DNA of 63,465 nt, counting the filler, from Basidioascus undulatus (lineage: Eukaryota), in assembly GCA_000826855.1 (NCBI GenBank). It is 12 parts of 12 records of this genome, joined end to end, with 100 filler letters (N's around TTAATTAATTAA, not from the genome) between each part and the next. Parts side by side here need not be neighbours in the genome. Positions count along the whole stretch, not along the records: positions 1 to 5,047 come from JTLS01002020.1; positions 5,148 to 10,191 come from JTLS01002021.1; positions 10,292 to 15,295 come from JTLS01002022.1; 9 more parts are not named here. One strand, given 5' to 3'. Shown here piece after piece: positions 1-11,158 of this stretch. The number at the start of each line of letters is the position of its first letter. Position 1 is the stretch's first letter. The translations under genes were made by a program, and so were the position numbers. The notes under the pieces were generated by a model that was given only the letters and a program-made list of their open reading frames with translations, was not told the DNA's origin and did no database searches.

Positions 1-1551
1 TGGATTGGGGGGCAGGAGGTGGCGGTAGATGCGTGGAGAGGAAACAGGAAGGGAGGAGTGGGGGACGTTATATTGTACTTTTGCTTGATTGAGGTGCAGA
101 CATTGATCGTTGATATCCTTGCTCAACAATTCATCGAACCACGCTTGGCTGGTTCGGTGGCTGCATGCGGAGACTGAGGTTGTGTCGAGCCAGGGAGGTC
201 TTTCGTCCAGTCTTCCAAAAGGACCTAGCACGCACCGCCCTGTTTCCTGGTTGAGGTAAATTGCGCGTGATGCAACATCATCTTCGGTGTCCGTGTGAGA
301 GACTGCGGGTCCAGTCGGGTCGAGGCTGCATTCGCCAGGGCTGCTCCGACAATACAAGCGAAAGTTGCAGAGCTGTAGAGAAATGCTCTCGGCGGAACGT
401 AAGCCTTGTGAATGTCAATGTGAATTTAAATTATCTATATGGCCACTCAAATCGCGGCGTGCGACGGAGGCAGCCGGGCGTGGTGACGCTCAACGGGGCA
501 ACATGGTCTGCCCGAGTCGCTTGCCCACCATCCACCACCATCGCCGTCGCCCAACCGCACCCTAATTCATCGCCCTCCGTACCGCCGACCCAGTTTGAAA
601 GCATACACCATGTCCTCCCCCACGAACACCACCCCCAAGGAGTGCACCCTCCCGCTTCGCGTGTGCCACATCGCCACAGCTTGGCCTGGCCGCTGAAGGA
701 TTCGAGCTGGACTAAGGACTCGCCAGGAGAGGGCCGCCACGGGAGTCGGGGATGCTTCAGCCCTCGGTGAGTCCTCCTTAGCTGTTCTTCCGGGAATAAA
801 GAACCTGCAGAGGCGTTCGCTGACACCAGGTGGGCTGGGCCTGTCCGTAGGGTCGAAGGACGCTGGATCGGCGGGACGGCGACGGTACGCCTGAGGTCAT
901 TTTCCTGAAAGGGTAGAAACAGTACTGAGAGTGTTTAATCCTCTTGATTGGGGGCCCTCGAAAACAAGGAGCAGCCGCAGACCGCGGCTGCGACAGGCAG
1001 TGTGAGTCCACCGACCTTGTCGTCCGATGGTGGTCTGTCTTCCAGATATCGAACATACATCTAAGGTCCTCTTCCACATCCTTCCCCAGGCTCAGAACCA
1101 GGCGGACGCCTGGCTCCTCCAGCACGTCAATGAGCTGCCTCCGCACGCCTCTGAGCTCGTCCGCGGTTGGGCTAGCATACTGCAGAACGAGGAGGAAGAC
1201 TGAAAGTCTCCGAGAAGTACAACATCCAAAAAGAGAGGGAATCTGTGGGTGGAAGACTTCGAAAGCGAAATGAAATGGTTCTGTGGGCTGCTGTTTCGTG
1301 GATCGAACTCGGTGTCTGCGCTGTCAATTGTTCTCAGCATCCGAATATGCTCAGAGCGGACCAGAAAACTACGGTTCCGTAACCTTCTTTAGAAGAGAGC
1401 GGTTTTCCGACGCACCGTCCGCGGTCGGGCCGAAAACAACGCTCGAACAAACGCTTGCCCACCCACCACCCATCACACACCACCACCACCACCACCGCTG
1501 GCGCCTTCGATGACCGATCGCATCCTACCACGCACAAAAATCCATTCTAGC

Positions 1552-2224
1552 ATGGCCTCCTCCAACATCAACAAGTAAGTACGCGCTCTCCGGCTCTACT
1601 GCTGTGACTGGTTTCTGAACCGTAGTGGCGGCGACAGGACGCCATCAGGTACGCAGACCGCTCGGCCTCGGTCGGTGCGTCTGGCTCCCGAATCCCCCAT
1701 AGCCTTCCCGGTATGTTCCAAGGGAAGATAAAGTGTTCACCCTAAGGCTGCCCTTTGTCGCCCAGGTTCTGAGGACGCCGGGCAGCTCGGAGCGTCGGTG
1801 CGTCCGGGCTGCGACCTGCCGGGTAGACGGAGGGCGGAGAGTGGGCCTCAGAAGATCTGACCCAACTGAGCCGCTCTTTGTGTATTCAACAGACCGAAAA
1901 CGTCCAGCGGAGAGCATCGGCACCCAGATGGGAGGGGTGGCGACTGCCAAGGTGCGTGGACTCGTCCACCTCGTTCCCGTCCTCTCCTCCCCTCTCCCTT
2001 TCTCTTTCCACCGATTTCTTCTCCATACGTAAACATAATTGACGGAAACCTGCTCTTTTCAGACCAAGGACGAGGCCGCGGACGACAAGCTCCACCAGAT
2101 GGGCCTCGAGGTCGACGCGCTCCACCGCGCGAACCGCGACTTCATGCGCTTCATCAAGGGCAAGTTCAACGACGCGGACCAGGACGACGAGGGCGACGAG
2201 GGCGACGAGAAGAAGGGCAACTGA
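1552..2224 (+). CDS. Small spliced hypothetical protein (~85 aa) with acidic C-terminus; internal exon structure uncertain
   Basis: ATG 1552, donor GTAAGT after MASSNIN; last exon TKDEAADDKLHQMGLEVDALHRANRDFMRFIKGKFNDADQDDEGDEGDEKKGN* has strong GC3 codon bias; an 11-nt exon (1638-1648) plus exon 1893-1951 keeps frame. Confidence 0.5.
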
Positions 2225-5047
2225 GCTGACTGGATTTGGGGGGGTCCTGAGCTGTTGTGATGAAATATGACGAGTTACATTTTGCCACTATGGCATTGCT
2301 CCTACGGAACGCGACGTCGGAAACTTTACCCCCCTGATGGACAGTGGAAAGACTGAGAGAATGCGTGGCCGTGGGGCTTGTCGGTACAAAGGAGGGATGC
2401 TATGGACCCGTCCTTCTGTCTGTGCACGTGGGCACGTGAAGTTCTCGAAAAGGCAGCATTGTCAAGATCGCCCCCATTTCCCTCCAGTTAATTAGTAGGG
2501 TAAGTGAAATCGCTAAACTGAACAGACCTGCACTGCTTTGCAGAGGGACGGGGTCAAACACGAGCCCAGGAAGATCTTCGGGGCTGGTGTCCCGTTACAG
2601 AAAAGTCGGACTGACGACGGTGGAAGCTGACATTTCCGCCTGGTGTAAACGGGGTCCGAACTTGTGATATTAGAAGAAACAGCTTATTATCTCTAGGTAG
2701 TTGACCTGCAAAGAGTAGACAGCGCAGCTGTGCATTACACCGCGGTAGTGAACTGAGATTAGCTTCGATCCCGTTTCTGACCCTGTTCATGGACAGGATA
2801 TTGCTCATAGGCGATCTGGCAAGGTCTTTCTACACTTACTGAAACGCAAACGGACACCTCGTCAGGCATTGGGCGCAGGTTGCGATTGGGGGTATCGTTG
2901 CAGTTTAAAACCAAGCTTGTCAGAGGGCGTCAAGGTTGTGCAGGCTTCGGAATCATTGAACGCAGAGGAGATAAAGCGAAGTCAATTATTACAAAGGGTC
3001 CTGCTGTTACACTAAGGGTAACCATTGCTGCGCGTCTCCTGGGACGCTTGTGAAAGAACCTGAAATCTTAAGAGCAGTACTTCTGGTCTCCGCCGGGGCC
3101 AGTGGCCCACATGGAAGCATCGAAGTACTACCGTCGGTGATGTACACCGCTGTCAGCACCTTGCATGAGCTGGGAAGATGTTAGCAGTGGCGCACCTGGC
3201 GCACCTGGCCGCCGCCGTGGCCGTCTGCTTGGAGGGTCGAGGGCGAGATGTGGCAGCCGAAGAGGGGCTAGTGGACGAGAGGATAATCAAGACGAGCAAC
3301 GAGGGGAACCCAGTGTGAACTATCGCGGGCTGCATGTTTAAAGGCCCACCTGGATCCCCGGCAGCAGCTTGCCCTGGATGTACGTCTCGGCTTCGGACGC
3401 GTACTCCACGGTAAATCCGAGAAGGGAAGCAGAAAATGCAAAGGCGTACCTATTAACACACTACACCAGCCGTCAGCCGTCACATCCGAACACGAACGAT
3501 CAGCTTGAGATCCAGCGCTCGCCTCAGTGGTTTTGCAACTTGGGGCTGCCGAAATCAGCGGAGATCTGGGGGGTATGTCCTGCAGCCGTGCTGTCTGTGC
3601 GTGCATCTGAGTGTGTGCACATACGAGTGTGTATGTAGGCGTCCGTGGCACGGTATATGAACAGACTCGTTGATGGGTGTGTGTTGGCAGGTTTTTTGGA
3701 GAGGTTCATCACCCGGATGCATAAATTTGCGGCAGCGTGCAACATTTCCACTTTCAGCAACTCAGTAATGTTTGTTCACCGAGTCAACTCGAAGTGGTCC
3801 TTTTACATGTACCAGCCAAGATACAAACTTGCAAGAAATTAAAGCCTTACAGGCAGACGTGTCCCCAGCGTCAACACTAGCTATACCCGTTGATCGCGGC
3901 CGTCAAGCTCTGCAATGCTGTGCTTATGTCTCACCAAGACAGTGGGTGTCAGAAGGATTTTCATAAGTAAGTCTGTTCATAAAAAGTTCCCATTGATGGG
4001 CGGGACCCGGGACTTGCGCCTACCAATCCTTTAGACCACCGACATTCGCGTATGGACGGACTCAACGCAGGCCGCTGTAACATGCATTACATCAGCAATG
4101 GTTCGGAACCTTACATCCAAGACCAATTTGGCATCTATACTTTCTCCTATCCATTCGACCCATACAGTGATGCAGCTTGAGAGATTGTTCAACACTTCCC
4201 ATTTCTCCACACCTGGAGATAACACGTCGCTTGGCTGGGGTAGTGGCAACCTGGGTCGTTGCCATTAGATATCGACCCGCCCCGTGTTCGATTCACGGGT
4301 CAAGCACAGCTTTTTGCAAGTTTTTGTACTTAACCATGCCAAACCAAGTCTTGAACGAACGTTCCATGCGACGAGGCGGGGAGTGCAGACTGGCTGTCGC
4401 GTCCAGGAGCAAATCAGGGCTGCGTTGCGATCCGGACCTTTCCTTTCCCTGGATATCGATCGATTCTATCGATTCAACACATCCGTGCCTGCAGTATATT
4501 TTGGGCGGGCGCTGCAAACATGGACCTTGACTGATCAGCGTCGAAAGCGAAAAGCAGCCCAAGTTCCCCTGTTTTCATTCCCATCCGGGCGTCCCACCGC
4601 TCACACACAGTCATCCGAGCAATCTGATCTTTCTTATCTGGAAACCAGACAGGTAAACCCATAAGATGAAAATGACACTGCCTGCCCGAACCCGGGACTG
4701 CGTCTGCACTGTACCGCCTTCTGTTGCTCGTTACAAGGATGGTTTCTGACCCTTTGACAGTGCCCAGGTAATCTTCTTTTCCCAGACTGCCGTCCATTGC
4801 TCCATGGCAGTCCCATCCTTCCCTTCGCAACCAGTTCCAGTGGTCCATTCATCCCAAAGAAAAGAACACTGCCCCTCCCCTCGCCCTCCCACCCAACCTA
4901 ATCCTCCTTCTCCTTTCTCCTCTTCCTTCTTCCGTCCTTCAGCGCATCCACAACACATTCCGCGCTCGCCACGCACCCCTCCAGCAGGGGTATGCCCCCC
5001 CAGCACCAGCTCCCGACGAACCACACGCCCTCCCCACCGCGCCTCTC

Positions 5048-5147
5048 NNNNNNNNNNNNNNNNNNNNNNNNNNNNNNNNNNNNNNNNNNNNTTAATTAAT
5101 TAANNNNNNNNNNNNNNNNNNNNNNNNNNNNNNNNNNNNNNNNNNNN
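5048..5147. other. Artificial contig linker (N44-TTAATTAATTAA-N44); recurs starting near 10192, 15296, 20428, 25555, 30681, 35805, 40918, 46031, 51139, 58370
   Basis: Identical six-frame-stop 12-mer flanked by N runs, 11 times; contigs mostly 5.0-5.05 kb in roughly descending size. Confidence 0.98.
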
Positions 5148-5625
5148 CTGCATTCTGATGCGAAGAGGAGAGGTACGGCAGGGGGGGGTAGGAGGAAGAT
5201 GAAGAGGGAGGAAGAGGAAGAAGTAGGAAGAGGAAGAAGAGAAAGACGCACTAGTAATCCCGTCCTCTGTACAGCTCTTAACCTTCCCAACCAGCACCTC
5301 CCCCACAAACGGGCGGAACACGACCATCCTGAACTTGACTGCCCCCCTTCCCCCTTCCTCCATCAGTCTTCCTCCTCCCCCCTTCGCCCAAGCCCAAACA
5401 AAGCACAGAAGATAGAAAGGGAGAGGGAGGGGAGACCGCACCTTTATAATACACCGCCCCATTCCCGTACCGCACTGTGCCCTCGCTGGCATCGAGCAGG
5501 TCGTGCAGGCACAGGCAGAGCCCGACGTCCTGGAGGATGCGGTTCGCGTACTTGCGGTTGATCGCGTCGCGGAGGGCGATGTACGGCGGCAAGGAGAGAA
5601 GGTGCGGGAGGACGGCAATGGTGTC
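5148..5625 (-). CDS. RPC25: RNA polymerase III subunit RPC25/RPC8 exons (5625-5442, 5338-5252); no own start codon; 3' end lost at contig edge
   Basis: DTIAVLPHLLSLPPYIALRDAINRKYANRILQDVGLCLCLHDLLDASEGTVRYGNGAVYYK/VKFRMVVFRPFVGEVLVGKVKSCTEDGIT matches the Rpc25 pattern (NKKxANKVxxxVGLCI...FRxVVFxPFxGExxxGKIxxC). Confidence 0.93.
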
Positions 5626-5729
5626 CTGCGGGAAGGGGTGGGGTTGGTTGGAGTGGGGGAAGAGGGAAGGAGGGAGGAGTTAGATGAGAGGGAGGAGGGG
5701 AGGGGGAGGAGGGGGAGGAGAAAACGCAC

Positions 5730-7098
5730 CTTGAACTGCGTGTTAACCTCATTAATTGTCTCCCGCATCCCCTCCAGCTTCGCAAATATATCTTCCTGCG
5801 CATTCGCCCCGCCGCCCATCATGCCTTCCCGTATGCCCCAAACCCCCATCAGCTCCTGCTGCTCCCGGCAAACAAAAGAGAGAGAAAGGGAAGAGAGGGA
5901 ATGGGAAGGAGAGCGAGAGAGAGAGCGGGGGAGGGAGGCGCGACGGACCGGTGATGTTGTTGAGCAGCCCGCCAAAGCGGCTCGAGAGCCCGCTGAGCTT
6001 CTCGAGGGCCTTGGAGAGCACGGTTGGGAAGGAGAGGAAGCGGAGGGTGTGCCCTGTCGGGGCGGTGTCGAACACGATTACGGAGTATTGTTGCGAGCGG
6101 ACGTATCTGTTACAGAGGGCATCGCAGTCAGGGAGAGGCTCCATGCAAGGCTCGGGTGGGTGAAGAAGGGAGAGGGAGAGAGGGCAGTTGGGGAGGGGCG
6201 AGAGGGTGAGGGGAAGCAGGGAGAGAGGCGAGGTGAAAGGCGAGAGAGGGAGGAAGGACGCACTTCATGATCTCCGCGAACCCCATCGCCTCGTCCACAC
6301 CCGGGATCGCGAACGCCAGATCCTGCATCATGCTCCCCACCGCGCCCCCTCCGCCCAGCTGCTCCGCTGTTGTCACCCAACCCACACCCGCTCATCAGCC
6401 CCCAGCCACCCTCTCAGCCAGCGGAAGGACGGACACTGCTCGACCATCTCGTTGATCGCCGCGGCGGGGTCGATCTCCATCGCGCTGAGGTTGTCGAACC
6501 CGTGGACCTTGGTCGCCTCCTTGCTGAACTTTTGGCCGAAGGCGTCGGAGAGGTTGTGTGCCGGGTCGGTGGACTATCACCACCCGCCCAAAAGGTCAGA
6601 GCGCAGGGAGGAGGGAGAGGAGTGGGGACGGACGATAAGGAGGACGGATTCGCGGTGGTAGGAAAGCTCGATGGCGAGCGAGCAGGAGGTGGTGGTCTTA
6701 CCTGGAGAGGAGGGGTGGGGTTTCAATAATGCCAAGCTCGCAGGAAAAAGGAAGGAAGGAGGAGAGGGAAGACGCACCGACACCGCCCTTCCCACCTGGT
6801 CCCTCACGCATATCAGCCCCCGCCCGCGCCATCGCCGCCCCCTCGGAAGCTCCGCCGCTCACCGCAAAAGATCCATTTCAACGTCTGTACATTCCTTCCA
6901 TCAGCACCCATCCACGCTCCCCTTCCTACTCCGGGGATACAGTTCCAGGCGCACCTATCCCGCAGAGACGTCATTTCAGTGCCGGGCAGCTGAGCGACGG
7001 GGAGAGCGCAGACGGACCTTGTTCTTGATGATGTTCTCGAGGGAGGGGTCCAGCTCGCCCTCGGCGTACTCGTCCGGGTCTACGTGCGCGACAGACAT
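5730..7098 (-). CDS. GET3: GET3/ArsA-family ATPase, N-terminal ~228 aa in 8 exons; C-terminal third absent from contig
   Basis: Spliced product contains [73 protein letters not shown] and ends [17 protein letters not shown] at donor 5729. Confidence 0.96.
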
Positions 7099-7285
7099 GA
7101 TGTGCTGCTGGAAATGGGATGGTGCGTTGGAGGGAAGGCAGCGAGACGTGGATGCGCCGAGTGCGGGGTTATCGCCGACACACCGTGCCTGGAAGTGAAC
7201 TCAAAATTCCGATATTGGGTGCCCCTTCGCGGTGCCCAGCTCAGCGCCCTCGTGCCTTCATCTCTGGCCCACCCCAAGAACAGCC
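7099..7285. promoter_or_regulatory. Probable bidirectional promoter between GET3 and SRP68
   Basis: 187 bp between divergent ATGs at 7098 (-) and 7286 (+). Confidence 0.65.
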
Positions 7286-9184
7286 ATGTCCGCCCCGCCA
7301 ACCTCCAAAACGCAGTGGGAGCTGCCTGTACTCTCTTTGCTCACGGCCGAGCGCAATGCGTTCGGCCTCCGCACGCGGGACTACAAGCGCTACCGGTGGG
7401 TCTCCTTCCCTGCTCACCCACTCACAGCGCAGCGAGCTCATGCCCTCAGGCAACCGACAGCACGCACTGCGCCAATAAGGTCCACCGCCTGCGGCAGGTC
7501 CTCAAGCTCACCCACGGCAAGGTCAAGGGCTACAAGCCCGCTCCTCCCATCACGCCCGAGACGCTCACCGACGTCCGGTGCGCACCGTCCCTCCCTTCCC
7601 CTTCCCTCCCCCACTCACTCTCCCCCTTCCCTCCACCCAGCGCACTGCACCTCCTCCTCTTCCAGTCCGACAGACTGTACGCGCACTCGCGCGAGCTGCA
7701 ACCCACCCTCCCGCGCGTCGCGCACACGCGCCTGCGCCGGGCCCTCCAGTCCTCCTCGCTCCTCCTCTCCCTCGCGCTCTCCCTGCCCCCCGCACACGCC
7801 CTCCCCGCCTCGCACCTCGCCCAAATTGCAGTGCAGCACCTCGTCCTCCTTGGGACGATCCACCTAGACGCCTCGTCTTACACGCCCGCTTTGCACGCGT
7901 TCTCCCTCGCGCACGCGCTGCTCGCGCGGATCGCGCGCCTCGAGGCGTCCGACGACCGCGCGCGCGCGCTCGCGCAGGCCGCGGCGGACGAGGTCGCCCC
8001 TCAGGTGCGGTACTGCGCGTACCAGCTCGGCGAGCGTGGAACAGCGCACGAGGTGGAGCGCGTGGTGGAGGAGCACCTCCCAGCCGCGCGCGAGAGCGGT
8101 GCGCTGAAGGAGTTTGATGTGCTTGTTGAGCGGCTGGAGGAGGCGACCGCCGCGCGCGAGGCGCAGGGCGGGAAGGCCCAGCTCGAGCCACTTACCTGGC
8201 GCGGGGAGGTCGTCGACGTACGGAACGCGGAGCTCGTGGACGTCCTCCTCCGCGTGCAGCGTACGCGCGGGGCACTGGCCAACTCAAAGAAGCCTCCCAG
8301 ATCAAAGTACGACGGTGTCCTCCTCGCGTACACGGACGCAGTGGGCGTTGCGGCCGGCCTCCTTTCCTCCGCGGGCGGCGCGTCGTCCAGCAGCCTTCAG
8401 ACGCTGCACGACACGCTCGCCTTCCGCCTCCTCGATACCCGCCTCGAGCGGGACCTCGCGCTCGCGGGCGGCCTCGGCGACTCGCCCGCGGACGAGCGCG
8501 CGCGCGTCAAGCTTCTCGATGGCGTCCTCCAGACGCTCGGGCAGATGAAGGAGCTCGGCGTGGTAGAGGAGGATGATGAGCTGTCGGGATCGCTCGAGGC
8601 CAAGGTGGAGTACTACAAAGCTCTGCGGTGCGCCTCCCTCCTCCCTATCCTCTTTCCCTTTCCTCACTCACCCCCCGCCCCCACAAACAAATAGGAACCA
8701 CCACCTCGCGCGCTCGCACCACTTCGCCTCGCAGCCCGCCGAAGCGCTCACGCTCCTCTCCGCCGCGCACCTCTACCTGCGCTCCGCACGCACGCTCCTC
8801 CCCCCCCCCCCCTCGGCGGAGGACCGCACGCCGCTTTCCCCCGAACGCGACCTCGACGCGCACGACGCGCGCGTGAGCAAGGCAGAGGAGGAGGCCAAGC
8901 GCGCGTGGTTCGCCGCCCGCACGGCGCGCAGGCCGCTGTTCTTTGATCTTGCCGGCGCGGGCGTGGGAGTGCCGATGCAGGCGCTTTTGGAGCGTGCTGG
9001 GAGGGAGACGGGGGAGGTGCAGGAGGAGGTGAGGGAGGTGCAGGAGAAGGTCAAGGAGGTTAGGCTGGAGGAGAAGCCGGTGGTGGAGGATGTGGGGATG
9101 AGGGAGCAGGAGCGGGGGCAGGAGCAGGAGCAGGAACAGAAGGGGCGTGGGTCGTGGCTGGGCAGTTTGTGGGGGAGGAAGTAG
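7286..9184 (+). CDS. SRP68: Signal recognition particle subunit SRP68 (4 exons)
   Basis: ERNAFGLRTRDYKRYR/THCANKVHRLRQVLKL N-terminal motif, EVAPQVRYCAYQLG, LTWRGEVV, RRPLFFDLA, C-terminal GSWLGSLWGRK. Confidence 0.92.
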
Positions 9185-11158
9185 AGCAGGGGAGGTGGGG
9201 GGTTTGTGGACCGAAGGAGACCGAAGACGCTTGCTTTTCCCCTGGGGCGAGGCGGCATCCGCTGGAGCGTGGTATGAAGTGCAATATCTTTGCGGGTATC
9301 GCTGCTTCTTTATTCCGCATTTTCTCGAGAATGTTAGTGTGAAGCGATTGATATCAGGCCTTTCGAGTGCCATGCGCAGCCCTTGTGAGCAGCGACATCA
9401 TGTGCGCAAGGAAGACGACCAAGTAAGAGGGGTATCGTGTGTAGGATCGGCGATGAAATTATGAGAGGAAGGGCTTGCGGCAGCAGTCGGCTTCAGCCTT
9501 GCCCAAATCGCTGGCAACATTCTCCCATTCCTGCCCCTGGTATGTCTGTTGTGCCCCTTTTCTTTCCTCTCGTTATGTCTATCCGGGTGCTCATTTGACT
9601 ATGTCAGCTGAGAACATCACGGAGGCTTGGAAGGTGAATGGTGGCTGCGCTACGTCAACCTCAATATATTAATGTAGTACTTCCTTGCACATATGTAGTT
9701 TTGCGACTTTTCGACAGTCTTCTCAATGGAGCGCAATTTCTATGGTGGTGCACTTCATTTGGGTACTGGCCATGAGAAATTGTGCCAATTTACGCAGATG
9801 TCCTCAATCTTCTGCTCACCTTGGCTAACCGCATACAAACCTCATAGTATACCGCAGGTCCGTTGGAGAGAGCGGAGGGAGAGGAAGGGGAAGAAGAGAG
9901 GGAGAGGGAATGCTGATGCGGGACGGGGATGGGTAGTATGCCATTGCGACGACGCTGGCACTGTTCACAAGCTGCAGGGACAGATCTTGATCGCTCAGGT
10001 GGGCGCCCTTCCTCCCCCAACTCCACCTTCCTTCCCCTGCCTTCCCCCGGGGCTAATCCCCTCCTCCCCAGAACGAACACCGCTGCGCGATGCGCGAAGA
10101 GATCGCGGGCGACGGACCGCCGCTGTTCATCCGCGAGCTGCGCGGTCGGACGTTTGGGGTGCTCGTGTGTCTTCCCCAATCCCCCCCCCTCNNNNNNNNN
10201 NNNNNNNNNNNNNNNNNNNNNNNNNNNNNNNNNNNTTAATTAATTAANNNNNNNNNNNNNNNNNNNNNNNNNNNNNNNNNNNNNNNNNNNNGTTGCTGTG
10301 ATGTCGGGCGTGTGGTCGCTGCGCGGCGGTAGGGGGCGAACTTCGATTGCGCTGGTTGGTGTTGTCATGTGGATGAAGCAACAAAATCCCGTCCGGCGGA
10401 GAGGGAAACGGCTTTGAAGGTTCCTGCAGGGCGACCGGCAAGCGTCCACGTCTTCATTGCTTGCGGTACATACTGCAGCACAGCGTAAAGTCTCCATCCA
10501 CCACTCTTCGAAAAATGTCGTTCGTACACTGCACACCGATGCTTGCCGTTCTTCCGCGGGCTATGCCACGGCGCACGGCCCAGAAACCCAACAGCCTCAT
10601 TCCCACGGCGGCTCGAGCACTCTTTTTGGCCCCTCCTCAACCTCAACTTCCTCCTCGTCATTCTCGTCATTCTCCCTCTCCCCTTTGCGCACCCCACGCA
10701 TCATCTCAAAATAGCCCAAGTCAGTCCCTTGTCATACCTCTAGCACTAGCGTCCGGTCCGTTCTTCGCCCAGCGCAGGACACATGCTCGCGCGGAGGGCA
10801 GGCGCGGCGCGTTTGCGTTTGCGTTTGCGACACTTCAATTTGCACAGCGCCGCCTTCGCCATTGCTTCTTGCCTGCAGACACGCACCTTGTTGTGCATTG
10901 GAGAAAGTCCCGCGGGCTCAGGGCCCGGAGAAAACAGAAGCATTGCGGCTGATCGAAGGTCTATCTATCGAATCATAAACTCCACCTGCCTGGCCTTCGA
11001 TGGATGTTGTGTCTGCAGGCAGGGGGAAGGAGCCGATAACAAGCTGTGCTTGCAAGCCTCTTCTTCTTTTCCCGCACACTTTCCGCCACTGGCGTGCGCG
11101 AAATTCCCCTCTCATAATCTCCTTCTTGACGCTACGTATGAGACGATACGACACTCTA

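Noticed and set aside
2500..4600. Short minus-strand ORFs with protein-like stretches
   Set aside because: No recognisable domain or consistent exon chain; possibly a decayed gene but not supportable.
5092..5103. TTAATTAATTAA recurring about every 5 kb
   Set aside because: Artificial six-frame-stop linker inside N runs; not a biological repeat, and gene order across it is not real.
7565..9373. Long antisense and alternate-frame ORFs over SRP68 (similar over other genes)
   Set aside because: Expected shadow ORFs of high-GC coding sequence.
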